Part shown: piece after piece, positions 1 through 11,589 of the stretch
Layout: the number at the start of each line of letters is the position of its first letter
How positions within the stretch are numbered: the stretch's first letter is position 1
Origin: Octopus sinensis
Lineage: Eukaryota
DNA: 64,000 nt
Direction of reading: 5' to 3'
NCBI RefSeq assembly: GCF_006345805.1
Contig: NC_043016.1
Location: 19,592,001-19,656,000, forward strand
The notes under the pieces: model-generated
The model's database searches: none
Told to the model about the DNA's origin: nothing
Seen by the model: the letters and a program-made list of their open reading frames with translations, nothing else
Position numbers and translations under genes: made by a program

Positions 1-49
1 GATGACAATGATGATGTGTGTGCATGTATGGATTGTGTATTATTCCTTT

Positions 50-305
50 ATTCTTTTACTTGTTTCAGTCATTTGACTGTAGCCATGCTGGAGCACAAAC
101 AAATCGACCTTAGGACTTATTCTTTGTAAGCCTAGTACTTATTCTATCAATCTCTTTTGCTAAACTGCTAAGTATGATAGGTTTCCTTCAGTTTCCATGT
201 ACCAAATCCATTTGAGGCTTTGCTTAGCCCAGGCTACATCAGAAAGCATGTGCCCATGGTACCATGCAGAGGAACTGAATTGAAAATGGTTGGTGATTAG
301 GAAGT
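50..305 (-). mobile_element. Degenerate tRNA-derived SINE (family B)
   Basis: Reverse complement of the family-B tail (cttttacttgtttcagtcatttgactg..gccatgctggagcac) and head remnants, matching 8773-9167. Confidence 0.75.
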
Positions 306-334
306 GAATGTAAGGAATTATTTTTCTATGACAA

Positions 335-650
335 AGAGATGGGAGAAAGAAAGGAAGAGAGTGAGAAAGAGAGAAAAGAAGAGGGAGTGAAAAAGAGAGG
401 GGGAGAGAGGGAGAAGGGAAAGAAAGAATGCAGTAGAGAGAAAAGGAAAAGTGGGAGAAAGAGAGAAAAGGAGAAGAGGAAGAGTGGGAGAAAGAGAGAG
501 GGAGAGAAGGGAGAGAGGGGGAGAGAAGTGGGAGAGAGAAGTGACAGGAAAAGAAATTAATCAAGGGAGAGAGGACAGAAGGGGGAGAGGGGAGAAAGAG
601 GGGGAAAGAAAGAGAGAGAGGAGAAGGCAGAGATAGAGAGAGAGAGGGAG
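335..650. repeat. GA-rich low-complexity tract
   Basis: Almost pure A/G sequence; explains the spurious R/E/K-rich and S/L/P-rich ORFs. Confidence 0.95.
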
Positions 651-747
651 TCACCCACTCCTGTTAGTTATACAATAGATACTTATCAACAGCTGCCCAT
701 ATATGAAATATATGAAAGAAATTGTATACAGTGCTCAGGTGCATTAC

Positions 748-1517
748 AGATCTGACTGGTTTGGCTGCGAGTATTTCAAAAATTAAAAGTTTATAAAAAA
801 TTTTTTAATTTGGCACATTAATATACTTTTCCAAGCTGAATTACTGGAGTTATTTCACTTTTTCCTAGAAAAATGTTTTTAAAAAGTTATAGAGGTTTAA
901 AGTTTGATCATTTTCACCCAGTCAGGAAACAGGATTTGGAAGCTGTCCTTTTGTGCATGACTGCACGTGTTGTAAATATTCTGAAAATAGCACGTGTTTT
1001 TATGTGAACCTGTAAACAAATCAAATTCTGCTTAATATACAATATATAACCCCTCATAACTTTTTTAAAATCTGGAATTTTCAGAGAATTTTTGTGAATT
1101 TGTACTCTACACATGGGAATTTATATGATTATGCAAAAAAAAATTTTTTAATGGAGGAGGGGCATGATTTAAGGCCTATTTAGCTGTTATTTTTTGCACA
1201 TCTCATGACCAGGGTACAAGCAACAGAACACAGTGTCAACACACGTTGCATTGTGTAGAATAAATTTGTCAACACACTTGCTTTCTCGCTGGCATGTTTT
1301 GCTTGTTACTATGGAAACATGCATGAATGTCTCTGGCTTACGATAGGTTAAAATTCCCTAAAATTTTCAAACTTTAATTGCTAATAACTCTTTATTTATT
1401 GATTTATAGCAAAAATGATTTTTATGTCATTCATTAGCCTATAAAAGTGTATCATTACACTGAATATGAAATCAATTTGAACAGAAATTGATGCTGGTAG
1501 CCAACCCAACTAGATCC
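748..1517. mobile_element. Old MITE with imperfect (G)GATC..GATCC termini and 8-bp TSD, inserted in a CR1 3' UTR
   Basis: agatctgactggtttggctgcgag at the left end versus ctggtagccaacccaactagatcc at the right end; flanks tgcattac (740-747) and tgcactac (1518-1525). Confidence 0.6.
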
Positions 1518-1544
1518 TGCACTACAACTAAGACAAAAAAAAAA

Positions 1545-1835
1545 ATCCATCAGATGTACTGTTGGTAAATTTCAGGAAGCATGGAATGGAAGTTTTGAAG
1601 GATATAGGGTCTTGACAGATAGGTACTTTTGCAGGTAGTTTATTCCATGCTTCAGCAATTCTGTGAAAAAATGTTTCCAAAAGTCATAGGCACTGTGTTA
1701 ATTTTTGATTTTGTAAGCATGTCCATGGTTATTAAACATATGAAATTCAAAAAGGTGACCAAGGTTGTTGTTGGAAAGATGGTGGATAATCTTGTGGGTA
1801 TCTACCAAGTCAGTTGCCAGACATCTGAGCTTCAA
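1545..1835 (-). mobile_element. CR1-type LINE 3' fragment (decayed ORF2 C-terminus)
   Basis: Minus-strand translation LKLRCLATDLVDTHKIIHHL..HGHAYKI and, after a frameshift, AEAWNKLP resemble the CR1 motifs RRLRGDLIETYKI..RGH..K and VNAWNSLP. Confidence 0.7.
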
Positions 1836-2197
1836 TATAAAATATACATATAGATATACATGTGTGTGTACACCCAAACACACAAGTATGCTAAGTGGTA
1901 AACTAACTGACTGATCTTCAGAACGGTTCATGGTAATCTCAAACATCAACTCTATGACAGAGAGTAAGGGGACACAGTATATATCCAAAGGTAAGGTTTT
2001 GCTTTAAGAGAGCAATAATCAGAGATCAATTACAAATCCAAAGAGAGAAGCAGAAGATAAATACAACAAAGTCAAAAAAAATTTAAATAAGAAAATAGAA
2101 ATTCAAAGAATCAAAAGAACTAAAATTAAATAATAAAATAGGTTTATTAAAGAAATTAGGCTTCAAAGGAAGATATGGGTCCTAAGATAGAACAACT

Positions 2198-2352
2198 GTC
2201 TGATCAATAAGTATCCAGACTGCTGCCATAGTAATGAAGCTGAAGCATGCAAAGTGAAGCTGCTTGGCAAAGATTGACCTTGAACTCTGCTGTGCATGTG
2301 GACTAAGTTTTAATGTTCTAGCTCACTTTTGCTGTTTATAGAAGTTCTTGGA
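2198..2352 (+). mobile_element. Terminal fragment of a mariner-like element
   Basis: tgatcaataagtatccagact.. start; the same ~120 bp recurs at 55340-55463. Confidence 0.5.
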
Positions 2353-2465
2353 ATGAACATATATATCGTGTGATCTAGCAGAAGTGAGCTGGAACATTAA
2401 AACTTAGTCCATTATTGGACATTATTTACATTTGACAGATATTTGTCCTAATCTTGTTTATTGTT

Positions 2466-2508
2466 AACACGTTTCAGCTGATATACCCTCCAGCCTTTAT
2501 CAGGTGTC
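2466..2508 (-). ncRNA. Degenerate minimal type I hammerhead ribozyme (G8 changed to A)
   Basis: Reverse complement gacac ctgataa a ggctg gagggtatat cagct gaaac gtgtt. Confidence 0.55.
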
Positions 2509-2557
2509 TTGGAGAAATTTCGAACCGGAGTTCTTATTCCTAAGGTATTTTTCGATA

Positions 2558-2559
<2 letters not shown>

Positions 2560-2604
<45 letters not shown>
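2560..2604. repeat. (ATT)n microsatellite
   Basis: Direct reading. Confidence 0.95.
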
Positions 2605-2605
<1 letters not shown>

Positions 2606-2739
2606 CATTCAGGTCACTGCCTGGAATTGAACTCAGAATCTTGGGGTTAGTAGCCTGCGCCTGCGCTCTTAGCCACTACACCATATGCCCATCAAATGTA
2701 AATAATGTACATAATTCCTCATCTCTTAGATATAGAATT

Positions 2740-3128
2740 GGTTGGACAGTTTGACAGGAGCTGGCAAGCCAGAGAGCTACACTAGGCCCTTGTCATCTGT
2801 TTGGCCTGATTTCTATGCCTGGATACCCTTTCTAACACCAACCACATTACAGAGAGTACTTGGTGCTTGTTATGTGGGGCCAGCATGGGTGCTTTTTACT
2901 TGGCATCAGCTTGGGTGTTTTTTTACATGGGGCCCACACAGGTGCTTTATTTACATGGTGCTGACACAGGTTTTTGTGTACGTGGTGCTAGCATGGATGC
3001 TTTTTACATGGCACCAGCATGGGTGCATTTTATAGGGCACTGGCATGGGTGTGTTTTGTTATGTGGGGCCAGCATGGGCGCATTTTACTTGGTACCAACA
3101 TGGGCACTTTTTACATTGCACCAGTACC
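2740..3128 (-). mobile_element. RTE LINE 3' UTR fragment with a ~26-29 bp tandem array
   Basis: ttggacagtttgacaggagctggc..ggatacccttt tail motif followed by about 10 diverged ggtgctttttac(a/g)tggcaccagcatg units (2862-3128). Confidence 0.7.
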
Positions 3129-4315
3129 GTTGAGGTTGCTAAGTGTCTTGTAAGACAAGGATGTCTCAGCTGAGAGAGGGAGAGGAACTGAGAGAAGTGA
3201 CTATGTGCCAGGCAAGAAGTTGGAGTAAGGTAGAGGATCAGCAATAGCTATCTTACTACAAAGGAGATACTTGGCTACCCCAGTAGAACAAAGAAGAGAG
3301 AGAAAGATAACCAGAGTGAGAGGTAGAGGGCCTACCCACGGGGAATAGGGAAGGAGTATAAGTAGCATGGAGGCAACAGAGGAGGTGTACCATAAGAGTG
3401 TAAGGGGAGATATTTAGCGATAGCAAGTGATGGTGAACTGGAGGGTCCCACACTGGGCGTGGGGGTTTGGGGAGACGGTTGTGGGTAAGTTTTGCCAGAG
3501 GACAGAATTATGTGTGTGGGAGGGGAAGCAGAGTTATAGCTGTAAAGGACATGCCTGTAGGTATGGATGGCCATGATTTTTATTTAGCTTGACATGTCTT
3601 CTCAAGCACAGCAAATTGTTAAAAGTTAATGTGCTTAACTAATGAGACAGTGAATACTAAAAATATCATGGCGCTGCTGAAGAGGCAAAATGAAGCACAC
3701 ACTGTTTTATAAGTTAGTAAACTTATTTCATAACTCAAGTAACAAAATTAAAAGTATTGTATACTATAATACAAGAGCCAAAAGTACACAAGACAGTAAC
3801 AAAGGTGTTTCTTATATCTTTCAAAATATTTTATAGATATAGAGTTACTGTACTATATCATCATATGCTTGGTAGCACAATCAGTTTTGCTGAACAACAT
3901 GCGATGCATGCATGAGTGCACCCACTCAAAAGGCATTTTATGACTGCTACGTCCTGTTGCTTGAATGTGGGTTTTTTTTACCCATATTTTTTGTGAGCCA
4001 CAGACATGGTATAGCATTGATTGGATGCTGTTTGGATGGATGCAAATTAATGCATGTCTTTGATAGACTTCCCTTTGATTTTGCAATGGTTCAGCAAGGA
4101 TTTTTGCCAGGTAAGCTCCAGAAAAGAATAAGGTTCACAAAATGGATAAAGTGAAAAGGAAAAAAAAAGTCAAGTAGTTATTCATGAATTCATGAATTCA
4201 TGGTTGAGTTTTCAAGTGGTAAAATGTAACTTCTTCTCTATAAGGAAAACAAAAAAAAGATTAGATGATCGTTGAAATGGATTTTTATTTTCAATAACAA
4301 TATTTTAGTGTTTAA

Positions 4316-4495
4316 AGGTGGCAAGCTGGCAGGATTGTTAGCAAGCCAGGCAAAATGCTTAGTGGCATTTTGTCTATTGTAACATTCCGAGTTCAAATAC
4401 CACTGAGGTCAACTTTGCCTTTCATCCTTTCGCAGTCAAGAATTGGGGTCGATATAATCAACTCAAACTTGCCGGCCTTTTGTCAAAATTTGAAA
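4316..4495 (+). mobile_element. SINE family A (degenerate)
   Basis: ggtggcaagctggcagga..gagttcaaat..actttgcctttcatcctttc. Confidence 0.75.
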
Positions 4496-4791
4496 TTAAT
4501 ACTTTAGTGTTTAAATTGTTATGTCTTTTCTCAACTGAGATTCATGCATGTTCCATAACCAGTGACTTTAGAAATGAAAATGTCTTGTGAACCTTAATAC
4601 CTTATCCCTTCTTAGTAAAGACTGTTTGTGGTAAATGCTCCACCAGGAGTAAGTTGTTGGTTTTGTAAATGTTTAAGCCCAGGGCAGCTCTGATCCAGCA
4701 GATTCATGTTCAGAGACATTCTAATCATGATAATCTTAATACAAACTATATCAATCAATGTGTCCATAATTTTTAAGACACTAGAGTGTGA

Positions 4792-5135
4792 TCATCATCA
4801 TCATCATTGTTTAATGTCCGCTTTCCATGCTAGCATGGGTTGGACGAATGACTGAGGGCTGGCAAACCAGATGGCTGCACCAGGCTTCAATCTTGATCTG
4901 GCAGAGTTTCTACAGCTGGATGCCCTTCCTAACGCCAACCACTCTGAGACTGGCATGGGGCCAGTCAGGCGGTACTGGCAACAACCTTGCTCGAATCTTT
5001 TACACATGCCACCGGCACAGGTGCCAGTAAGGCGATGCTGGTAATGATCACACTTGAATGGTGTCTTTTATGTGCCACCGGCACGGAGGCCAGATAGCCG
5101 CTCTGGCAATGATCACGCTCTGATGGTGCTCTTAA
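4792..5135 (-). mobile_element. RTE LINE 3' end (5'-truncated) with (GAT)n tail
   Basis: (CAT)n-gtttaatgtccgctttccatgctagcatgggttggac..ctggatgcccttcctaacgccaacc; colinear with 10499-11352, which carries RT coding sequence. Confidence 0.85.
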
Positions 5136-6075
5136 TAGAAATATATTGAGCTGTTACCACTGGCAGGTCAAATGATCACAAAGAAACTCCTTCTCTAGTG
5201 CTATATTTTCTTGAATGTGGTGCTAGTGAGAAATACTAATTCCTCCATATACACCAAACAGTTAAAGTGAGACATAAACTTTTGTTCAATACAATCATAT
5301 TTTTGGAATCTCTACAAGCAAGTCAACACACTGTATGTTATGGTACTTTTATGATTCTATACTAATGAAATGCATAGAAAAATAGGACTGGGTCCTTACA
5401 CATGCATAAGTATTTGGATGGGAAGCCAAGCAGGGGATTCAATGAACCACCATAAATAACAGAAAATATTTTTTAAAAAAACATCATTCTGATGAGGTTT
5501 CACAGTTTCTGAAATGAAATTTCATACACATGGACAGTTCCTGTTAATTTGAAGTAATGAGAGAAACCACACAAGACACTGTGCAGCAGGATCAAATCTA
5601 TTGATATTTGTGAGCTAATGTAAGAGCTAATGTAATACCTTGCAACCTTCAAGAAATAGCAGCCAAATCTCTCTCAAATCACATTTTACTGTCATAAAAG
5701 AGAAAGGACACATTTGGTAATGAGGTCCCAGGTACACAATATCTGAAAAGAAAAATATCAATGAGATGTTCATGAGTGGAAAGGCTTCAGTCATAAATCA
5801 GCTGAATCAGGGCTTGGCTTACCTGAAAAAGACGGCAACAATGTTAATGAATGATCTGCAGTCATAGTTACTGAGATATACAGGAAGGTAGTGAGCTGTA
5901 AAACTTTGAACAAGGAGATTATCCATGCTATTAGTTGAGAAAAACTCCCTCTAGGAATATTTATGACTGAAAAAAAAAAGCTGCCAAGGGAGATGATTTC
6001 AATAAATCAAAATTTCTAGAAGATAAAGTGGATGTAAATGAGAGTCTTTAAGATCAACTGCTGACAAAAGCAAAC

Positions 6076-6480
6076 ATCATCATCATCATCATTATCATCA
6101 TCATCATTTAACATCCGCTTTCCATGCTAGCATGGGTTGAACAATTTGACTGAGGTCTGGCGAACCAGATTCCAATCTGATCTGGCAGAGTTTCTACAGC
6201 TGGATGCCCTTCCTAACACCAACCACTGGCACGAGGGCCAGTTTGGTGGTACTGGCAACGGCCACGCCCAAAAGGTGCTTTTTATGTGTCACCTGCACAG
6301 GAGCCAGTCCAGCAACACTGGCAATGACCTCACTCGAGTGTTTCACATGCCACCAGCACAAGTGCTAGTAAGGTGACGCAGGTAACGATCATGTTTGAAT
6401 GGTGTGTTTAATGTGCCATCGGCACAAAGGCCAGCTTGTTGCTCTGGCAATGATCTTACTCGTATGGTACTCTTAGCGAT
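6076..6480 (-). mobile_element. RTE LINE 3' end (5'-truncated)
   Basis: Same tail and ~62-bp internal units as 10499-10960. Confidence 0.85.
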
Positions 6481-6500
6481 GGTACTCTTATCTTTACTCA

Positions 6501-6928
6501 AGGCAGTGAGCTGGCAGAATCATTACTACACCAGGCAAACGTTTAGCAGCATTGTCTGTCTTTAAGTTCTGTGTTCAAATGCTACCACGGATGACTTTGC
6601 CTTTCATCCTTTTGGGAGTCGATAAAATAAGTACCAGTTGTACCCTGAGGCCGATCTAATTGACTTACCACCTCCCTCAATATTGCTGGCTTTGTGCCAA
6701 AACTTGAAATCACTATTATATCTCTACAGAGGATGGTGAATTGGCAGAAATGTTAGCATGCCAGGTGAAATGCTTAGCAACATTTTGTCCGTCTTCTGAG
6801 TTGAAATCCCGCTGCTCTTTCCTCCTTTCAGGGTTGAATAAAATAAGTACCAGTTGAGAACTAGGATCAATGTAATCAACTTACCTCCTCCCCACAAATT
6901 GCTGCAGTTGTGTCCAAATTTGAAATCA
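6501..6928 (+). mobile_element. Two adjacent degenerate SINE family A copies
   Basis: Heads at about 6501 and 6730 (gagctggcagaa / gaattggcagaa), central cctttcatcctt..gtcgataaaataagtaccag, tail gtgccaaaa(c/t)ttgaaatc. Confidence 0.75.
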
Positions 6929-6936
6929 GTATTATA

Positions 6937-8212
6937 CAAGGGGCGTTCAATAAGTAATGCCCCTGACCCACTTCCCATAGCAGTAGAGCAACGAAACTTG
7001 GCACAGTTATTGGTCTTTTTCTACATAGGAACCACCCAGAGTTATGCATTTCTCCCATTGTTTGATGCAGCTCTGGAGACCGTTTTTTAGAAGACCCCAG
7101 CTTGGTCCTCCAACCAGGACATGACTTCAGAAATCAAGGCAGCATCATCTGGGAAACGCTTTCCTTTCAAAAACAACTTAATGGCTGGGAAGAGGTGAAA
7201 ATCAGAGGGTGCAAGGTCAGGAGAGTAGGAGGGATGGGGGAGGAGTTCATAGCCGCATGCCTGTGCTTCTGATCTGGCGACACACGAGTTGTGGACCGGA
7301 GCATTGTCCTGTAGGAGGAGGATGTCTTTGCTGATCTTGCCCCGCCTCTTGATTTTGATAGCTTCACTTAATTTCCTTAAAAGTGAAGCATAATAGGCTC
7401 CTGTAATTGTGGTACCCTTTGCCAGGAAATCTGTCATCACTACTCCGTCCTGGTCCCTGAAGACTGTGAGCATGACCTTGCCAGCGGAGGGCTGCACCCT
7501 TGCCTTCTTTGGGGGAGGTGAGTCACGATGCTTCCACTGCATTGACTGGGCTTTGGTCTCTGGATCATAGTGATGGACCCAAGTTTCATCCTGTGTGATC
7601 AGTCTTTTGAAAAATTTTGACTCATCTTCTTGGCACATCTCCAAATTCATCCTCGAGCACTCGACGAGTTCTTGCTTCTGGAAAGGTGTGAGCAACCTGG
7701 GAATCCATCTGGCAGACACCTTTTGCATATGCAAATGGTCATGAATGATAGTTTCCACAGACCCGGTACTAATCTTGATCTCATGGGCTATTTGGCGAAT
7801 AGTTATGCGTCGATCTTCCAAAATGGCAGCCTCAACTTGACGGACAGATGCCTCATCAATGGCAGAAGGGGAGCTGTTTCCACAGAGTTCCGACCATGTT
7901 TGAATTCACGATGCCAGCGTTTTACAAGGTCATATGATGGGGCATCATCACCATAAGTTACTTTCATTTCATCAAAAGTCTCCTGTGGTGTGCATCCTTT
8001 CAAATACAAAAACCAAATCACTGCTCGACACTCAACAGGCTCCATTTCACACTTGACTCAGTTCAAACACCTCTAAATCAGAAACCACAATTAATTCAGA
8101 GCTGCTATTTGCCACTTAATCTATAGAGATATAAATAATTGCACATGCAAAATTTCAGCTAGATCAAACAACTGCAAGTGGGTCAGGGGCATTACTTAAT
8201 GAACGTCCCTCG
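6937..8212 (-). mobile_element. Full-length mariner (Tc1/mariner DD34D) DNA transposon, 1276 bp
   Basis: TIRs caaggggcgttcaataagtaatgcccctgacccactt and aagtgggtcaggggcattacttaatgaacgtccctcg; TA at 6935-6936 and 8213-8214. Confidence 0.95.
7007..8045 (-). pseudogene. Mariner transposase pseudogene (one frameshift near 7860, premature TAA at 7087)
   Basis: HTH N-terminus MEPVECRAVIWFLYLKG; WIPRLL, ITQDETW, LLQDNAPVH and HPSYSPDLAPSDFHLF with 34 residues between D2 and D3; the frame continues after the stop as KNGLQSCIKQWEKCITLGGSYVEKDQ*. Confidence 0.92.
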
Positions 8213-8339
8213 TACTTCTGCAGCAAATTGTATGCACCTCATTAGAGAGGTTCCAAAGTTATCAATGTGCATGCATGTGGGATGGCGGTTGTGGGGAGTG
8301 CAGAAATGGAGAGGAAATAGAGACACTGGTAATTATTAT

Positions 8340-8552
8340 ATTGATTTCAAATTTTGGCACAAAGCCAGTATTTTTTTTTTGGGAGGCGGGGGTTGTGCAT
8401 GTGTGTGGTGAGGGCAGCTGTAAGTTGATTATATCAACCCCAGTGTTCAACTGGTACTTATTTTATCAACCCCGAAAGGAGGTGAAGTGAACCTTGGCAG
8501 AATTTGAGCTCAGAATATGAAAATGGACGAAATGCCATTAAGCATATTGGCC
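8340..8552 (-). mobile_element. SINE family A (degenerate)
   Basis: ctggtacttattttatcaaccccgaaagga..gcagaatttgagctcagaa. Confidence 0.7.
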
Positions 8553-8578
8553 GTAATTATTATATTAATCCTTTTGCT

Positions 8579-8610
8579 TGTCCTGTGTATCACATGTAAT
8601 ACACAGGACA
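8579..8610. repeat. Near-perfect 32-bp palindrome
   Basis: tgtcctgtgtat-cacatgta-atacacaggaca. Confidence 0.85.
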
Positions 8611-8772
8611 TATTTCTCTGGTTTCACATTACACATTATCAATTTTTTTCACAACCACCAGAGTAACTTGGAACTTTTGAAAGGAAAGCTTTTTATTACT
8701 CAGAACATATGAAATAAGGGCTGACTAATAGTCTGAAAAGAAGCATGGATGTTTAGCACAAATGTATGACTA

Positions 8773-9167
8773 TAGGAGTGGCTGTGTGGTAAGTAGCTTG
8801 CTTACCAACCACATGGTTCCGGGTTCAGTCCCACTGCGTCGCATCTTGGGCAAGTGTCTTTTACTACAGCCTCGGGCCGACCAATGCCTTGTGAGTGGAT
8901 TTGGTAGACAGAAACTCAAAGAAGCCCATCGTATATATGTATATATATATATATGTGTGTGTGTTTGTGTTTGTCCCCCTAGCATTGCTTGACAACCGAT
9001 GCTGATGTCTTTATGTCCTCGTCACTTAACAGTTCAGCGAAAGACACTGACAGAATAAGTACTGGGCCTAAAAAGAATAAGTCCTGGGGTCGATTTGCTC
9101 GACTAAGGTGGTACGCCAGCATGACCACAGTCAAATGACTGAAACAAGTAAAAGAGTGAAAAGAGTA
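8773..9167 (+). mobile_element. Full-length tRNA-derived SINE (family B)
   Basis: A box tggctgtgtgg, B box ggttcagtccc, CORE-like cttgggcaagtgtctt, internal (TA)n(TG)n, tail gactgaaacaagtaaaagagt. Confidence 0.9.
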
Positions 9168-9402
9168 ATATGTTTTGGGATAGGCAAAGAGGCAAAGGGT
9201 CAGAAATATGACTATATTTTCAAAACATCATGATTTGAGAAATGATGGGAAAATTTGATGCAGACTCAAAATATTAATAATGATCCCAAATTTTGACACA
9301 AACCAGCAATTTTCAAGGGAGGGAGTAAATTGATTACATCAACCCCAAAGTTCAACTGGTACTTATTTCATCAACCCCAAAAAGATAAAAGGCAAAACCA
9401 AC

Positions 9403-9826
9403 TTTACTCTTTACTCTTTTTACTCTTTTACTTGTTTCTGCCACTTGACTGTGGCCATGTTGGAGCACCTCATGTAGTCGAGCAAATCCACCCCAGGACT
9501 TATACTTTGTAAGCCTAGTACTTATTCTATTGGTCTCTTTGGCTGAACCACTAAGTTACGGGGAAGTAAACACACCAGCATCGGTTGTCAAGCGATGTTG
9601 GGGGGACAAACACAGACACACAAACATATATACACAGACGTAGATACATATATGCATATATATGACAGGCTTCTTTCAGTTTCTATCCACCATATCCACT
9701 AACAAGGCTTTGGTCAGCCGGAGGCTATAGTAGAAGACACTTGCCCAAGGTGCCACGTAGTGGGACTGAACCCAGAACCATGTGGTTTGTAAGCAAGCTA
9801 CTTACCATACAGCCACTCCTACACCT
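9403..9826 (-). mobile_element. Full-length SINE family B nested in a family A copy (9285-9918)
   Basis: Reverse complement of 8773-9167; the flanks rejoin as family A aaggcaaaa..|..cttagcggaatttgagctcagaa. Confidence 0.88.
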
Positions 9827-10134
9827 TAGCGGAATTTGAGCTCAGAATATAAAGACAGATGAAATGTCACTAAGCATTTTGCCCAATGTGCTAATGATTC
9901 TGCCAGCTTGCTGCCTTAAAAATATTAAAAAGAATAATAATCACATAATTTATTAAAATTTCAATAATTAGAATTTTGTTCATCTTATACTACATGACAC
10001 TTAAGATCCATTCTAGAACAATTCAAGTAATAGCGTGTCCGTTTCCATTTGAGAAGGGGTTGCTAGTCTCCCATTCCATTCTTCATAATCTCTGAAGAAA
10101 TAGTTGTCATTATTACGGAATAACATTACTAACG

Positions 10135-10395
10135 AGAGAGAGAGAAGTGGGAAGAAATGTGGGGGAGGAAAGGAGGGAAATGGAGGACAAAGAGAGAGCA
10201 GGGTGGGAAATGGAAATAGTGAGGAGAAAGGGTGGATGAGAAAAAGTGGGGGAGAGAAAGAGAGGATGAAAAAGAGTGTGGGTAAGAAAGAATAGGCTGA
10301 GAAAGAGGTACGTGCCAAGAGGGTGGAGAGAGGTAGAGAGAGAGAGAGAGATGGAAAGGTGAGTTGGACAGAGAGAGAGAGAGAGAAAGAGAGAA
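10135..10395. repeat. GA-rich low-complexity tract with (GA)n
   Basis: Direct reading. Confidence 0.9.
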
Positions 10396-10498
10396 TGAAG
10401 AATTGACTTAGTATTTCACTGATATTTCATTTACTAGACCCAAAAAGTTTGAGGACCAAATTGACTTTTGCCGGATTAGAACTAAGATATAAAAAACT

Positions 10499-11352
10499 CA
10501 TCATCATCATCGTTTAACGTCTGCTTTCCATGCTAGCATGGGTTGGACGATTTGACTGAGGTCTGGCGAACCAGATGGCTGCACCAGACTCCAATCTGAT
10601 CCGGCAGAGTTTTTACAGCTGGATGCCCTTCCGAATGCCAACCACTCCGAGAGTGTAGTGGGTGCTTTTACGTGTCACCGGCACGAGGGCCAGTCAGGTG
10701 GTATTGGCAAAGGCCATGCTCAAATGGTGCTTTTTATGTGCCACCTGCACAGGAGCCAGTGCAGTGGCACTGGCAATGACCTAGCTCAAATGTTTTTTTC
10801 ATGTGCCACCAGCACAAGTGCTAGTAAGACGACGCAGGTAACGATCATGCTTGAATGGTGTTTTTTACGTGCCATCAGCACGGAGGCCAGATTGTTGCTC
10901 TGACAATGATCTCACTCGTATGGTACTCTTAGTGCTCCACTAGCAACGGACGCCAGTCACCGAGTTTGATTTAGATTTCACTTGCCTCAACAGGTCTTCA
11001 CAAGCAGAGTTTAGTGTCCAATGAAGGAAATGTAAGCATAACTGGACTGGTTACACCCCTGGCATAGGCAACAGGTTATGGTCTCACTTGCACTTGCTGA
11101 GTCTTCCCAAGCACAGCATATTTCCAGAGGTCCCAGTCACTAGTCATTGCCTCGGTGAGGCCCAATGTTCAAAGTTCATGCTTCACCACCTCATTCCAGG
11201 TCTTCCTCTTCCACAGGTTCCCTCAACTGTCAGGGTGTGGCATTTTTTCACACAGTTATCCTCATCCATTCTCACCACATGACCATACCAGCGCAGTCGT
11301 CTCTCTTGCACACCACATCTGATGCTTCTTAGGTTCAACCTTTCTCTCAAGG
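10499..11352 (-). mobile_element. RTE-clade LINE 3' fragment: RT C-terminus plus a 3' UTR with tandem units
   Basis: ALRERLNLRSIRCGVQERRLRWYGHVVRMDEDNCVKKC..GRGRP (RTE RLRW.GHV.R and GRP motifs), then a 3' UTR ending in (GAT)n. Confidence 0.9.
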
Positions 11353-11589
11353 CAATAGTCGTTAAAACCAAAATGTATATATTTTTCTCCATTATTATGA
11401 TTTCATAGTCTGTGTCAAAACATAACAATTCTCTTAAATGGTTATCTTCTTAACCTAATGTTCATTCAACAGTAACATCAGGTGGTCAGATAAATCAATG
11501 GCAGTATTGAATCAAACAACACAGTCAGTTTTAGAAACAAGAACACGTTTTTCCAATTATTTCCTAATAATACTTGTAAAATTAACAAT

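Larger units (their letters stand above)
2419..2737 (-). mobile_element. Penelope-derived SINE-like unit: tRNA-like head, (AAT)n, degenerate hammerhead, plus an inverted terminal fragment
   Basis: Minus strand gggcatatggtgtagtggctaagagc..gagttcaattcc (A and B boxes), then (AAT)n, then gacac-ctgataa-a-ggctg..cagct-gaaac; homologous to 58785-59034; 2419-2435 and 2692-2708 are inverted copies. Confidence 0.75.

Noticed and set aside
160-654. 164-aa and overlapping ORFs
   Set aside because: Translations of a GA-rich low-complexity tract
10660-10950. Repeat-spacer pattern resembling a CRISPR array
   Set aside because: The spacers are homologous to one another, the array lies in an RTE LINE 3' UTR, the context is eukaryotic and there are no cas genes
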